Assembly (NCBI GenBank): GCA_021734255.1
Contig: JAIPJM010000003.1
Coordinates: 61,517-125,516, forward strand
Source of the DNA: Fidelibacterota bacterium
GTDB lineage: Bacteria; Fidelibacterota; UBA8477; JABMPR01
Direction: 5' to 3'
Length of the DNA: 64,000 bases
The position numbers were made by a program, and so were the translations under genes. The notes under the pieces were generated by a model that was not told the origin of the DNA, ran no database searches, and worked only from the letters and a program-made list of their open reading frames with translations. Below, piece after piece: positions 14,802-26,188 of the stretch. The number at the start of each line of letters is the position of its first letter. The first letter of the stretch is position 1.

Positions 14802-17486
14802 GTGCCTATGGCTAAGAACTCACAATCCCTCAACAGCTTCAATACCCGTTCGACCCTGACATTGAATGGTGTTGACCATGAATATTTTTCCCTGAAAGCA
14901 CTGGCTGCTGATGATCGGCTGAAAAAACTACCCATTGCTCATAAGATCCTGCTGGAGAACATGCTGCGATTCGAAGATGATCTTACCGTCAGCAAAGAGG
15001 ATGTCCATGCTGTCCTGAATTGGGATGCAGCCGCCGCACCGACACATGAGATCCAATTTCGACCAAGCCGTGTGCTCCTTCAGGATTTTACCGGTGTACC
15101 TGCAGTTGTCGACCTGGCTGTCATGCGGGATACGATGGCGGACCTGGGAGGTGACCCGGAGAAGATCAATCCGCTTCAGCCAGCTGACCTGGTCATCGAC
15201 CATTCTGTTCAAGTTGATAAATTTGGCTCAGCCTTGGCATTTCTCGAAAATGCAAATATTGAAATGGATCGAAACCGGGAACGGTACGGGTTCCTGCGCT
15301 GGGGCCAGGATGCTTTTGAAAATTTTAATGTTGTCCCACCGGACACCGGTATCGTTCATCAGATTAACTTGGAGTATCTGGCTCAGGTTGTTTTCAAGAA
15401 TCAGACGGACGAGGGTTCCCAGATCTATCCAGATTCTCTGGTTGGAACCGACTCACACACTACCATGATCAACGGTCTGGGTGTGCTGGGATGGGGTGTT
15501 GGAGGCATCGAAGCTGAAGCAGCTATGCTGGGACAACCCATTTCCATGCTCATCCCCCAGGTTGTTGGTTTCAAGCTTACAGGCAAACTTGCCGAAGGGA
15601 CAACTGCTACTGACCTGGTGCTAACCGTTGTTGAGATGCTCAGAGCAGAGGGTGTTGTCGGTAAATTTGTCGAATTTTACGGAGATGGGATCACCCACCT
15701 CAGCCTGGAAGACCAGGCAACCATTGCCAACATGGCTCCAGAATATGGGGCTACCATGGGATATTTTCCGGTGAATACTGCAACGCTGAAATATCTGCGT
15801 TTCAGTGGTCGGGATGAAGATCAGGTCCAGCTGGTGGAAGCATACACCAGAGCACAGGGCATGTTTTATGAAGCTGGTGGAGATGATCCCACCTATTCGG
15901 CAAACCTTGAGCTGGATGTGAGCACTGTAGTTCCTTCCATCTCAGGCCCAAAGCGCCCCCAGGACAGGATCATGTTGAGCAGCTCCAAACCGACCTGGAT
16001 CCGCGATCTTGAGACACTCAAAGGCAGCAGCAAAGGATCATCAGCTGTGGAAGGTGAAGACTATGAGTTGAAGGATGGTTCCGTCGTTATCGCCGCGATT
16101 ACCTCCTGTACAAATACATCCAACCCAAGTGTAATGGTCGCCGCTGGCCTGCTGGCCAAGAAGGCTGTTGAACTGGGAATGGATATCAAACCCTGGGTCA
16201 AGCCCAGCCTCGCTCCAGGATCAAAAGTCGTTACTGACTATTTTGAAGCAGCAGGGCTTACACCCTATCTGGATAAATTGAAGTTTAACCTGGTTGGATA
16301 TGGCTGTACCACCTGTATCGGTAATAGCGGACCTTTACCTGACGCTATTGCTGATGCTGTAGAAAGTGCTGACCTGGTCGTTACCTCGGTGCTTTCAGGG
16401 AACCGCAACTTCGAAGGTCGTGTGAATCCCCATGTGAAGGCAAATTACCTGGCATCACCGCCCCTGGTAGTTGCCTACGCCCTGGCTGGTACCATGGATA
16501 TCGACCTCTACAACGAGGCAATTGGCCAGGACAAAGATGGCCAGGATGTCTTCTTGAAAGATATCTGGCCCAGCTCCAAGGAGATCGCCGACGCCATTGC
16601 CCAGGCTGTGAAACCCGAACAGTTCAAACGTAAATACGCCGATGTATTCACCGGTGACGAAGCCTGGCAAAATTTAAAAGTACCTCAGGGTAATACCTTC
16701 GAGTGGGATGCGGATTCGACTTACATCCGCAAGCCGTCATTCTTTGAAGGTATGAACCGTCAACCGGATGGACTGACCGATATTAAAGGTGCCAGAGTCC
16801 TGGCCCTGTTGGGCAATTCAGTGACCACCGACCACATATCTCCTGCCGGAGCATTCCATGCTGACAGCCCGGCAGGTAAGTACCTGATTGAAAATGGAAC
16901 GGAGCCCAAGGATTTCAACTCCTATGGCAGTCGTCGTGGAAATCATGAAGTGATGATGCGCGGCACATTTGGTAATATTCGCCTTCGCAATCTCCTGGCT
17001 CCCGGAACAGAAGGTGGTTTCACCAGGAAACTCCCTGAAGGTGAAGTAACCACCATCTATGATGGCGCCATGGCATACAAAGCCGAGGGTACACCTCTCA
17101 TCGTTATCTCAGGCAAGGAATATGGTACCGGATCCAGTCGTGACTGGGCAGCCAAAGGGACCAATCTCCTAGGTGTGAAGGCAGTTATTGCTGAAACTTT
17201 TGAACGAATTCACAGGAGTAACCTTATCGGTATGGGTGTGCTGCCACTCCAGTTCAAGGATGGAGAAGGTCGGGAAAACCTAGGGCTGACGGGTGAAGAG
17301 GTTTACTCCATCTCAGGGATAGCAGATGGACTGACCCCGGGGAAAATTCTCACAGTTCAGGGTACTAAGCCAGACGGAAGCAGCTTCTCATTTGAGGCCA
17401 TGACGCGTATCGATACGAAAAATGAACTGGAATATTACCGACATGGTGGTATTCTGCAGTACGTCATGCGCTCCCTGCTTGACTGA
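14802..17486 (+). CDS. acnA: Aconitate hydratase A
   Basis: 894 aa. Canonical aconitase motifs ([51 protein letters not shown]). Confidence 0.95.
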   Translation: MPMAKNSQSLNSFNTRSTLTLNGVDHEYFSLKALAADDRLKKLPIAHKILLENMLRFEDDLTVSKEDVHAVLNWDAAAAPTHEIQFRPSRVLLQDFTGVPAVVDLAVMRDTMADLGGDPEKINPLQPADLVIDHSVQVDKFGSALAFLENANIEMDRNRERYGFLRWGQDAFENFNVVPPDTGIVHQINLEYLAQVVFKNQTDEGSQIYPDSLVGTDSHTTMINGLGVLGWGVGGIEAEAAMLGQPISMLIPQVVGFKLTGKLAEGTTATDLVLTVVEMLRAEGVVGKFVEFYGDGITHLSLEDQATIANMAPEYGATMGYFPVNTATLKYLRFSGRDEDQVQLVEAYTRAQGMFYEAGGDDPTYSANLELDVSTVVPSISGPKRPQDRIMLSSSKPTWIRDLETLKGSSKGSSAVEGEDYELKDGSVVIAAITSCTNTSNPSVMVAAGLLAKKAVELGMDIKPWVKPSLAPGSKVVTDYFEAAGLTPYLDKLKFNLVGYGCTTCIGNSGPLPDAIADAVESADLVVTSVLSGNRNFEGRVNPHVKANYLASPPLVVAYALAGTMDIDLYNEAIGQDKDGQDVFLKDIWPSSKEIADAIAQAVKPEQFKRKYADVFTGDEAWQNLKVPQGNTFEWDADSTYIRKPSFFEGMNRQPDGLTDIKGARVLALLGNSVTTDHISPAGAFHADSPAGKYLIENGTEPKDFNSYGSRRGNHEVMMRGTFGNIRLRNLLAPGTEGGFTRKLPEGEVTTIYDGAMAYKAEGTPLIVISGKEYGTGSSRDWAAKGTNLLGVKAVIAETFERIHRSNLIGMGVLPLQFKDGEGRENLGLTGEEVYSISGIADGLTPGKILTVQGTKPDGSSFSFEAMTRIDTKNELEYYRHGGILQYVMRSLLD

Positions 17487-17502
17487 TAAGATCTAACTTA
17501 TA

Positions 17503-17537
17503 TAAAAAAAGGCGATGGTGACTCATCGCCTTTTTTC
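17503..17537 (+). terminator. Rho-independent terminator (aaaaaaaGGCGATGgtgactCATCGCCtttttt), usable in both directions
   Basis: GC stem flanked by an A-run and a T-run, between convergent genes. Confidence 0.7.
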
Positions 17538-17677
17538 TTTGGTCCAAGAAGAAGGATATTGGTTGTAATTGGACCACCTTGCTACATCCATATGCTTTTG
17601 TAGATAGGCCCGGAATGGGCTGCCGGAATTACCTACATTAGCCAGATGCTTGTCCCGGCGATGCTACTCGAACCGGG

Positions 17678-18694
17678 TCAATGTTTAGAGCCCCCTTGTC
17701 CATCTTGGGGCTTTAGACCCCAGATAAAGTCCGAGCTGATCCAGTAAATATTTGAATTTCCATTCAGGGGACTTGCGAAATTCTTTTGAAGCTCGGCAAT
17801 CTCTGGTGATCGATTCTCCCCGGCTCTGGCTGACATAAAGAACAGATACTCACCATCTGGTGAGAGGCTGCTAGAAAATTCGCGACCGTTCTCAGAATTG
17901 ATCCTGTCCCCCATGTTCACCGCTTGACTCCAAGTATCATCGTCATTGCGGAATGATATGTAATAATCTGTACCTCCCCGGCTGTCTTCCAGGCCAACAG
18001 CAGGGATGATCATAAACCTTTCCTGTGGGTCAATGAAGGCATTGTAACGATTGGTGCCGATATTGATCTCCGGCCCCAATTTCTCAGGTTCAGCATACGT
18101 CCCATTCACGAGGCGGGAACGAAAGATCTCGTTGGTGCGTGAGCCTTTTTCAGCCCGGGTGAAATACAGGGTGCCATCCCTGGTGGTTGACGGGTAGAAT
18201 TCTGAGCCCTCGGTGTTCACAGGCGCACCCAAATTGTACGCTTCACCCCAGCCATCACCCTGTCTATCCACAGCCCATATATCCTCTGTGGCCGGGGAAT
18301 CATCATCTTCCGGCATATTGGAAAGAAAGAGCAAGCGATTCCCGTCAGGCGTGATATGCGGTTCATAGAACATATAGTCTGTATTGGTGATAAAACTGGC
18401 CAATTGCGGATCACTCCAGACGCCACTTACTTCCTTCGCCATATAGATCAGGTTGAAACCCATGGCAGAGACACAGAAATAGATCTCCTTTCCATCGGGT
18501 GTGAATGTGATGTCCCTGGCGTACAATGGTGTAGAAACAATTGACTCAGCAAAAAGTTCTGCCGTATCTGCCGGAACTGATTGTCCCAGATACGGGCCCA
18601 TTAAGCCAGAATTTTCTGTGCTGTTCTTTTCAGAAACACACCCTGCCAAAATGACGATGACAGTGAGAAACATAGGAAAGCGGGTAGATATCAT
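17678..18694 (-). CDS. PD40/TolB-like beta-propeller lipoprotein
   Basis: Lipoprotein signal (ILAGC). Repeated SPDG / TPDG / RDG beta-propeller repeat signatures. Confidence 0.55.
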   Translation of the reverse strand: MISTRFPMFLTVIVILAGCVSEKNSTENSGLMGPYLGQSVPADTAELFAESIVSTPLYARDITFTPDGKEIYFCVSAMGFNLIYMAKEVSGVWSDPQLASFITNTDYMFYEPHITPDGNRLLFLSNMPEDDDSPATEDIWAVDRQGDGWGEAYNLGAPVNTEGSEFYPSTTRDGTLYFTRAEKGSRTNEIFRSRLVNGTYAEPEKLGPEINIGTNRYNAFIDPQERFMIIPAVGLEDSRGGTDYYISFRNDDDTWSQAVNMGDRINSENGREFSSSLSPDGEYLFFMSARAGENRSPEIAELQKNFASPLNGNSNIYWISSDFIWGLKPQDGQGGSKH

Positions 18695-19134
18695 GCTTCG
18701 ATCCTCATGTCACTCAACGCGCTCAGCCCATCTTCAGAGTCCATACTCTTTTCTATTTTTTTGACCACAGATCTGAAGACCGGTGTGTCCCTGACCTCAT
18801 TAAAATCAGGGTCATGCTGCATGTATTCAATATCGTGAAAGCCATTGGCAAAGGCAGTGGTAAGCAATTTCGCCGCTGCCACAGCATCACCCTGTAAGGC
18901 GTGACAACAGGCAAGATTGTAGGCCGCTGCAGTGTTTTGCTGGTTGATCTCCAGCGCACGGCTGAACAGGTCAGCAGCTTTTTCATAATTTTTTTCCAGA
19001 TAGGCATCCATGGCTAGTTGATTCAGCTTCAGTCCCTGTATGCCAATCTTTACCTGGCTAACACTTGAACAGCTGGAGATCCCCAACACCACCACGAATA
19101 TGAACAACAAGCGAAAATTGGATATTCCCTTCAT
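18691..19134 (-). CDS. TPR-repeat lipoprotein
   Basis: Signal plus Cys (GISSCSS). TPR-like AYLEKNYEKAADLFSRALEINQQNTAAAYNLACCHALQGD. Confidence 0.55.
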   Translation of the reverse strand: MKGISNFRLLFIFVVVLGISSCSSVSQVKIGIQGLKLNQLAMDAYLEKNYEKAADLFSRALEINQQNTAAAYNLACCHALQGDAVAAAKLLTTAFANGFHDIEYMQHDPDFNEVRDTPVFRSVVKKIEKSMDSEDGLSALSDMRIEA

Positions 19135-19459
19135 AATTATCTCACTTCCCCATCAATTACTCTCATTTTTGATCCGAGTGTCATCATATGGAGGCGAAAA
19201 TAATTGGCACTCCTGGTCAAGAATTCTGATTATCTACCAGTGGCCTTATAGCTTGCTAAGCGGTAAGTTCGAGAGGTTAACAATGAATGACAGACAGGAT
19301 GAAGGGATCACCGCTACCGCTGGTCGGAAAATCAGACCGTTCAGCTAAATCCCGTGATTCAGGTGCCGTTTCACTCTATTTTCGCAGCAATGAAAGTAGG
19401 TTGGCCCCAAAACCCTGGATGTTTGCTGAAAAAATGACTGGCAGCACACCTTAATAGAA

Positions 19460-20572
19460 ATGAAATTGCAGTTCATGAAAACCAAATCAAAATTCTCAAC
19501 ACTCTCCCTCTTTTGGGTCCTTCAGATCACAGGCTGGGTGGTATATGGTATCATCTATTACCTGGTCTTCTATTCGCACAGAGACCTGGATCTGAGGAAT
19601 ACCTTCGGATTCTCCATTACCTACGTGGTGGCGTTCCTTGTAACGCTGATCATGCGGAAGATCTACCAGAAAATGGATTATCATAATCGATCCATCCTGG
19701 AGGTATCGGGGATGGTGGTGATCACATCTGTCATTTTTGCTATCATCTGGCTGTATGTTGATCGATTCATCTCTTATCCCCTCTATGAATATGAGAAATA
19801 CAAAATGTTTCTCTCCAAGATCACCACCCGCAGTAACCTGGGCATGATCTTCTGGAACACATTCATTCTGTTCACATGGTCCACTCTCTACTTCCTTATC
19901 AATTTCTGGCGGGAATGGAATGAGCATCAGCAAAGACTTGAAAAAGCAGAATTGCTGGCCAACAGCGCTCAATTACAAATGCTACGCTACCAGCTCAATC
20001 CCCACTTCCTCTTTAACTCACTTAATTCTATCCGGGCTCTCATTCTGGAGGATAAGAATAAGGCCAGGGAGATGGTCTCTGAGCTGGCAGAACTCTTGAG
20101 ATACTCACTCGTTAGCAACAAGAACGGTGACGTGGCACTGAGTGAAGAGATCACTGCCATCAAACATTATTTTGCCATTGAAAAGAAACGCTTCGAGGAG
20201 AATCTACAGGTAGAATTCGCGGTAGATTCCCTGGCTGAAGACTACCCCATCCCCAGTTTCCTGATCCATCCCCTGGTTGAAAACGCTGTCAAATATGGCA
20301 TGAAAACCTCTCAAATGCCCCTAAAGGTCCGGATCGAAGCGAAGGTTACCGGCAATACCCTTACTGTCTATGTCCGCAATCGAGGAAAGTGGCTACAAGA
20401 AGATGACCCGACACGTTCGAAACCGGCCGGAACAGGCACCGGACTGAACAATGTCAGGGACCGCCTGGAAAACAGATTTCATGGCAATTATGAGCTAAAG
20501 CATTTTGAAGAAGATGAATGCGTCGTTGTAATGATCCAGATCTCAAGAACGGTAGCAAAAGAAGATGGCTAA
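19460..20572 (+). CDS. lytS: LytS/YehU-family sensor histidine kinase
   Basis: N-terminal 5-6 TM domain. His_kinase motif QLNPHFLFNSLNSIRALI. C-terminal HATPase. Confidence 0.8.
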   Translation: MKLQFMKTKSKFSTLSLFWVLQITGWVVYGIIYYLVFYSHRDLDLRNTFGFSITYVVAFLVTLIMRKIYQKMDYHNRSILEVSGMVVITSVIFAIIWLYVDRFISYPLYEYEKYKMFLSKITTRSNLGMIFWNTFILFTWSTLYFLINFWREWNEHQQRLEKAELLANSAQLQMLRYQLNPHFLFNSLNSIRALILEDKNKAREMVSELAELLRYSLVSNKNGDVALSEEITAIKHYFAIEKKRFEENLQVEFAVDSLAEDYPIPSFLIHPLVENAVKYGMKTSQMPLKVRIEAKVTGNTLTVYVRNRGKWLQEDDPTRSKPAGTGTGLNNVRDRLENRFHGNYELKHFEEDECVVVMIQISRTVAKEDG

Positions 20573-21293
20573 AGACTATAAAGCATTACTCGTAGACGAC
20601 GAGCGACTCTCTCGTAATGACCTGCGTCTGCTTTTGGAGAACCATAAGCAGATTACGGTTATCGGGGAAGCCTCCAACGCTGAAGACGGACTGCAGAAGA
20701 TTGATGAACTGAAACCTGATCTGGTCTTTCTGGATATTCAGATGCCAGGAATGAATGGTTTTGACATGCTTGAGCACATCAATTCCGATATTCATGTCAT
20801 TTTTGTCACAGCTTTTGATGAATATGCCCTGCGCGCCTTCGAAGTGAATGCCCTGGACTACCTGCTGAAACCGGTAAATCCGGAAAGGCTGCAACAGTCC
20901 ATTGAACGCCTGGAACAGATTCCTGAAGAGCTGGAGGAATCAGACCTCCGAGAGCTGGAATACAATGACCGGCTCCTGCTCAAGCTGGATACCAGTCTTG
21001 GTTTCCTCAAGGTGAGCACTATTATCTGCATTACCTCGGCCGGCGACTATTCTGAGCTTCTCTGTACCAACAAGAAGAAGGTTCTGGTGCATAAATCCAT
21101 GGCCGAATGGGAGTCCCGTTTACCTGCGACCTTCTTCAATCGTATTCATCGCACCACCATCGTCAATATGGAATATGTGGATCGACTGGAGGAATGGTTC
21201 AATAATTCATACCGGGTCTACATGAAAGGTGTTGAGGAACCTTATGTCATGAGTAGGCGTTATGTAGCCAAGCTAAAGCAAAAAATGAGTTAA
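20565..21293 (+). CDS. lytT: LytTR-family response regulator
   Basis: REC domain (LLVDDERLSR...DLVFLDIQMPGMNGF) plus C-terminal LytTR domain. Overlaps the kinase gene. Confidence 0.85.
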   Translation: MAKDYKALLVDDERLSRNDLRLLLENHKQITVIGEASNAEDGLQKIDELKPDLVFLDIQMPGMNGFDMLEHINSDIHVIFVTAFDEYALRAFEVNALDYLLKPVNPERLQQSIERLEQIPEELEESDLRELEYNDRLLLKLDTSLGFLKVSTIICITSAGDYSELLCTNKKKVLVHKSMAEWESRLPATFFNRIHRTTIVNMEYVDRLEEWFNNSYRVYMKGVEEPYVMSRRYVAKLKQKMS

Positions 21294-21328
21294 ATGTTCT
21301 GCAGATTCTAATCTAGTCTGCTTCGTTC

Positions 21329-21358
21329 AAACCCCGTCTTTTTGGCGGGGTTTTTTTG
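21329..21358 (+). terminator. Rho-independent terminator (ccccgtctttttggcggggttttttt)
   Basis: Stem-loop plus T-run after lytT. Confidence 0.6.
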
Positions 21359-21478
21359 CGATTAACAATGGTCCCCTCCTCCATTCATCTTGTATTGTCT
21401 TTCTAAGCATAGCGAAGAATCTCGGATTTATCTTCGGTCACAGAACCCAGACTCTTCACTCCAGGTGGTTCGAGAAAT

Positions 21479-22189
21479 TTAGAAGTTAGGTACCATCTCC
21501 TTGCGATACTTCGCGAAGAAGCCAGTGATCGACTTAACCACTTCCTCTGCCGTATCCACCACGCGGAATAGCTCGAAATCATCCTGGCTGATGTTCCCAT
21601 TTGCAAGCGCCTGGTCATTCAGCCAGTCTACCATACCGGACCAGTAATCGCGACCCACCAAAAAGATGGGAAATTTCGGTGTCTTACCTGTCTGGGATAA
21701 GGTCAGTGCTTCAAAAAGCTCGTCCAGGGTACCCATCCCTCCGGGAAAGGCAACAAAGGCTTGAGCATATTTCAGGAACATGAGTTTGCGGACAAAAAAG
21801 TATCTGAAGGATATATTCTTGTCTGAATCAACATAAGGATTATTGGACGCTTCAAAGGGTAGTTCAACGCCGATCCCTGCTGATACACCACCCACTTCTT
21901 TTGCCCCCTTGTTTGCTGCCTCCATAACACCAGGCCCGCCCCCAGTGATCACACTTAGACCTTCCTGAGCCAGGAGTTTCGCAAGCTCATAAGCGGTATG
22001 ATAGTATGGATCATCTGGTTTGGTCCGGGCAGAGCCAAAGATGGTCACAGAAGGTCCTATTTCATTCAGAAGATCAAAGCCCTCCACAAACTCTGCCATG
22101 ATCCGGAAGACCTGCCATGAGTTCTTTGATTTGACCTCACTCCAGCTTTTCTGTTCAAATTTTCGTTCAACGCGTTTATCCACACTCAT
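21479..22189 (-). CDS. LOG-family (TIGR00730) Rossmann-fold nucleotide-binding protein / cytokinin riboside 5'-monophosphate phosphoribohydrolase-like
   Basis: GGGPGVMEAANKGA and PGGMGTLDELFE motifs. Confidence 0.8.
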   Translation of the reverse strand: MSVDKRVERKFEQKSWSEVKSKNSWQVFRIMAEFVEGFDLLNEIGPSVTIFGSARTKPDDPYYHTAYELAKLLAQEGLSVITGGGPGVMEAANKGAKEVGGVSAGIGVELPFEASNNPYVDSDKNISFRYFFVRKLMFLKYAQAFVAFPGGMGTLDELFEALTLSQTGKTPKFPIFLVGRDYWSGMVDWLNDQALANGNISQDDFELFRVVDTAEEVVKSITGFFAKYRKEMVPNF

Positions 22190-23085
22190 TCTGATGCTCC
22201 TTCAAGGGCAATTTCAACTGCTTTCATAAGACATTTACTTGTTGTTGTAGCGCCGGTAATAGCATCCACATTCGGCGTCTGCTTGATCAGTATCCGGTCG
22301 ATTACGCCTTCGGCGAATCGGGCATAGGGACTTTCCCTGTTTTCCTTCACTTTGATATCAGAGATCTTACCCTTGATGACCAGTACCTGGACTGAATAAT
22401 CAAATCCCGCATAACTGGCGATTCCTTCATAACTCCCATCAGAGATCTGACTGAGATCAGGAGTTGATATCTCCATTTTGCGATAGGATTCGAGATCCAG
22501 ATACCCCATGATCCCCAGGCTGACCCCAAGAATCACACCAACCCCTGTCAGGGTCAAGACCAGGCTCCGCCGCATCTCATGCTTTTGCACCCGCTGTCCC
22601 CAGGGCCTGAATATCGTGATCGAGATCAGCACTGCAATAATAACCAGGGCAGCAATAATTGCAGGGGCAAGCGCACCATGGTATTCCGTATAAGCGAGGG
22701 ATCCCTTCAAGTTATCCAGGCCTATATCTGAGAGTGCCACCATACCATTGATAGCCGGACCCAATACGACCCATACCAGGAGAAACAGCAACACTGTCCC
22801 GGTCCATTTCCCGATGATCCACCAATGCCTGGTCAATCCCCAGTGCGTAAAAACAGAATAAACAATCCCTGTGGCCACCACACCGAAGAAGGAATAAGTA
22901 ACCACACGATTAAAGAGGGCGTAAATCGAATAGTTAGCGATGTATAGCTCCCTGGGGTCCAGGTTGCCAATAAGATTGATCGTCAGAATAGACGCCAGTC
23001 CACCTGTAAGTGAGGCAATAAAGAAAATATGAATGACGCGCAACCAGCGCCTGCCTGTTTTTTCCAGCATAGATATTCCTTTCAA
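22186..23085 (-). CDS. Membrane protein with C-terminal FMN-binding domain
   Basis: Several TM helices. C-terminal ITGATTTSKCLMKAVEIAL resembles an FMN_bind domain. Confidence 0.45.
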   Translation of the reverse strand: MKGISMLEKTGRRWLRVIHIFFIASLTGGLASILTINLIGNLDPRELYIANYSIYALFNRVVTYSFFGVVATGIVYSVFTHWGLTRHWWIIGKWTGTVLLFLLVWVVLGPAINGMVALSDIGLDNLKGSLAYTEYHGALAPAIIAALVIIAVLISITIFRPWGQRVQKHEMRRSLVLTLTGVGVILGVSLGIMGYLDLESYRKMEISTPDLSQISDGSYEGIASYAGFDYSVQVLVIKGKISDIKVKENRESPYARFAEGVIDRILIKQTPNVDAITGATTTSKCLMKAVEIALEGASE

Positions 23086-23232
23086 GAGACAAGCTCAAGT
23101 ATAAGTCAAAATGATGAAAGATTTTTGCATTTTTTTATTATGAGACCCTCATAAATACTCGGGCTCCTCTTTCTGGCCTATGGTATTTCCTTGCTCCGTA
23201 GGGCTTCATGGTAGAGATTCGAAGGTTGAAAA

Positions 23233-23745
23233 GTGCGAAACCAGGAGAATAATTTCACTATGCAAATTCAAATTTTCGTGACTGGAGGAACCTTTGACAA
23301 GGAATACAATGAGCTCAATGGTGAATTGTACTTCCGAGATACCCATCTGAAGGAAATGCTGACCCAGAGCCGCTTCCAACTCGATGTGAATGTCCGCAGC
23401 CTCATGATGGTGGATAGTCTCGATATGACTGAAGAGGACAGGGAGATCATTCTGACCCACTGCAAAAAATCTCAAGCTGAGGGCATCGTCATCACCCATG
23501 GAACTGACACCATGGTGGAAACTGCACAGTTATTGGCGGAGCATATAAAGGACAAGACCATCGTCCTGACCGGAGCAATGATCCCCATTGTCTTTGGCAG
23601 TTCAGATGGATTGTTCAATATGGGGGCTGCCCTGGCCTATGTCCAAACCCTGGACCCCGGTGTTTATATTGCCATGAATGGACAATATTTTCGTCACGAT
23701 AATGTAAAAAAGAATAAAGAATTGGGTCTTTTCCAGACCCTGTAG
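23233..23745 (+). CDS. L-asparaginase N-terminal-domain-only protein (start possibly MQIQIF at 23263)
   Basis: VTGGTF and ITHGTDTM motifs of the asparaginase/glutaminase N-domain. No C-domain. Confidence 0.5.
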   Translation: MRNQENNFTMQIQIFVTGGTFDKEYNELNGELYFRDTHLKEMLTQSRFQLDVNVRSLMMVDSLDMTEEDREIILTHCKKSQAEGIVITHGTDTMVETAQLLAEHIKDKTIVLTGAMIPIVFGSSDGLFNMGAALAYVQTLDPGVYIAMNGQYFRHDNVKKNKELGLFQTL

Positions 23746-23755
23746 GAGGCAATTC

Positions 23756-24055
23756 ATGAATAGAAATAGAGCATTGATTCTGGTTCTTGTCATCCTTCTA
23801 ACATTGGGATTTTTGAGCGCTTGCATGCCCAACCCCGCAATGGCGGTCCATACACACCCCGCAGGTTTCTTCAAGGGTGTCTGGCATGGCTGGATCGCAC
23901 CCTTTTCACTGATCGTTGGTTTTTTTAATGACAATATCCGTATATATGAACCGAACAATACGGGCTGGTGGTATGATTTCGGTTTTTATATGGCCATCAT
24001 TAGTGGGTTTGGTGGGCTGTCGCTCGTCAGACGGAAGCAGGACGATCGACTCTGA
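23756..24055 (+). CDS. Small hypothetical membrane/lipoprotein (99 aa)
   Basis: Signal/TM with Cys (LGFLSAC), then a second TM. No recognisable family. Confidence 0.35.
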   Translation: MNRNRALILVLVILLTLGFLSACMPNPAMAVHTHPAGFFKGVWHGWIAPFSLIVGFFNDNIRIYEPNNTGWWYDFGFYMAIISGFGGLSLVRRKQDDRL

Positions 24056-24060
24056 TCGCT

Positions 24061-24981
24061 ATGAAGATCACTGTTAAAGAGCTGACGACTGTCGGACCAA
24101 CGATCCATTCCACCTTTGTGGATCTACCTTTTATCAAGCATGTCGGTGGATCAGGAAGCGTACCAAAACCCGTGCTTGCCTATCAATCACCTTCCTGCAT
24201 CAAGATCGTGGGAAATATTCATGCTTTTCTAAAAGCGCAGGAACAGGGATTACCCACGGTTCCGGTCTATCTCATCCAGGAATCAGAAAGCACTCTGGAA
24301 TTGCTCCAGACCATAATTGAATATTATGATCCCCTAACCCTTATGGATAAAGCGCTCATCACCCGCTCCGCCATCGAACTTGGTGTACCCCGTCCCACAC
24401 TAGCTGAAAATATCTTCCCCTTCATGGACCTACCGCCCAGGGAAAAACTTATCGACCAGGTTTTGTTTCTCCTCGATATGCCCAGCGATCTTCAACACTT
24501 CATCGTAGATAAGGACCTGAGCCTGAAACGAGCTCTCATCTTCCAGAAAGCTGAAGGGAACCTGAACTGGGTATCCCGCTTCATTTCCAACCTGAAGGTG
24601 GGGATCAACATGACAGCGGAGATCATCCAGAATATCTGGGAGATGGCAAAACAGGACGATGTGGACTTCAAAACCAAAGCCCAGGAAATGGGGCTCTGGG
24701 AAATGGCTGACACTCACTATGAGGATAACAGGCAGGTACTATTAGACATTCGGAAACGAATATCTGAGGCTCGTTTCCCAATTTTGACCAAAGCTGGCGA
24801 AGATGTTCAGGCGCTTCTGAAAGCAGCCGATCTTCCCAGTTCTGTCAAGGTCAGCTGGGATCCCCAATTTGAACGACAAGGTCTGGATATCTCATTTCAC
24901 AGTAAGGATGAAGCAGAATTGGATCAGACCCTGAGCAAGTTATCCTCACCATCATTTAAAGAACTGTTTAAGAAGGTCTGA
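24061..24981 (+). CDS. Hypothetical protein with degenerate ParB/Srx-like N-terminal domain
   Basis: IKIVGNIHAFLKAQEQGLPTVPVYLI resembles the ParB GERRxRA...IPV block, but the arginines are missing. The rest has no match I recognise. Confidence 0.35.
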   Translation: MKITVKELTTVGPTIHSTFVDLPFIKHVGGSGSVPKPVLAYQSPSCIKIVGNIHAFLKAQEQGLPTVPVYLIQESESTLELLQTIIEYYDPLTLMDKALITRSAIELGVPRPTLAENIFPFMDLPPREKLIDQVLFLLDMPSDLQHFIVDKDLSLKRALIFQKAEGNLNWVSRFISNLKVGINMTAEIIQNIWEMAKQDDVDFKTKAQEMGLWEMADTHYEDNRQVLLDIRKRISEARFPILTKAGEDVQALLKAADLPSSVKVSWDPQFERQGLDISFHSKDEAELDQTLSKLSSPSFKELFKKV

Positions 24982-24985
24982 GCCT

Positions 24986-26176
24986 GTGAAAGAGCCAAAG
25001 ATCACCCGGATCGTTGTTGATGAGAAGGTCGCCAACCAGGAGTTGGTAGCTCGTTACCAGAAAAATAATCCCGATGCCACGGTGACCCGGATCGAACTCA
25101 CTGAGGAGTATAAAGTATCCATGTTCCGTCAGGAACCGACACCGGCTAAACGGGAGATCCTGCTCACAGAAAAACAGGGACATACTGTAAAACAATGCCC
25201 AGGGACAGATCGGACCTATCGCTGTTGTAATTATCATGTGATCAACCAGACAAGCAATTGTCCCATTGACTGCACCTATTGTATCCTTCAGTTTTACTTA
25301 AATAATCCCGTAACAACTGTCTATGCGAACTCTGAGAAATTGCTGACTGAGGTAAAAGAGAAGATCGCCACCCAACCCAGGCGCTTTTTCCGTATCGGTA
25401 CCGGTGAGTTATCCGATAGTTTGGCATTTGACTCCTCATCCGATTTCTCCCGGGACATTGTGACGTATTTCGCTGATCTGGATAATGTGCTTCTGGAGTT
25501 GAAGACCAAATCCAATCGGATCGAGAACTTATTGGACCTGGATCACAAGGGACACACCGTGGTCTCCTGGTCAGTGAATCCACAGGTCATTATTGACGCC
25601 GAGGAACATAAAGCTGCTTCACTGCAGGAACGGCTCGAAGCCATGGCCAAAGTCCAGGCAGCCGGTTATAAGATCGGTTTCCATTTTGACCCACTCCTTT
25701 TTCACGAGGGTTGGGAACAGAGTTACCCAGATCTGATCAAACAACTTTTCCAGGTGGTCGACCCGACAAACGTTACCTGGGTCTCCATCGGGTCTCTCCG
25801 CTTTCCCCCGGAGATGAAAGACAAGGTTTTGGAAAAATTCCCCAAATCAAAGATCATGTTCGCTGAACTGATCCGCGGAATGGATGGCAAGATGCGCTAT
25901 CCCAAACCGCTGCGATTGGACATGTATCGAACGGTGTATAAAGCATTACAGACATATGGCGGGGAGGATCTATTCATCTATTTCTGTATGGAATCTGCCG
26001 AAATTTGGGAACGGGTCATGGGCTGGAGCCCTGAAGATAATGAGCACCTGGACTATCTATTTGCTGAAAGTCTGCATCGTCGCTTCCCTGGTCTCATGCA
26101 AGAGGCTCCTGATCGACAAGTCTATGATGATGGTATTCCGCTTCACCAGGATAAGGCAGACATTCCCGGGTTTTAA
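24986..26176 (+). CDS. SPL-family radical SAM protein (spore-photoproduct-lyase-like)
   Basis: CPIDCTYC (Cx3Cx2C) followed by ILQFYLNNPVTTVYAN and RIGTGELSDSLAFD, as in the SplB family. Confidence 0.7.
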   Translation: MKEPKITRIVVDEKVANQELVARYQKNNPDATVTRIELTEEYKVSMFRQEPTPAKREILLTEKQGHTVKQCPGTDRTYRCCNYHVINQTSNCPIDCTYCILQFYLNNPVTTVYANSEKLLTEVKEKIATQPRRFFRIGTGELSDSLAFDSSSDFSRDIVTYFADLDNVLLELKTKSNRIENLLDLDHKGHTVVSWSVNPQVIIDAEEHKAASLQERLEAMAKVQAAGYKIGFHFDPLLFHEGWEQSYPDLIKQLFQVVDPTNVTWVSIGSLRFPPEMKDKVLEKFPKSKIMFAELIRGMDGKMRYPKPLRLDMYRTVYKALQTYGGEDLFIYFCMESAEIWERVMGWSPEDNEHLDYLFAESLHRRFPGLMQEAPDRQVYDDGIPLHQDKADIPGF

Positions 26177-26188
26177 GCACTCGTTGTA

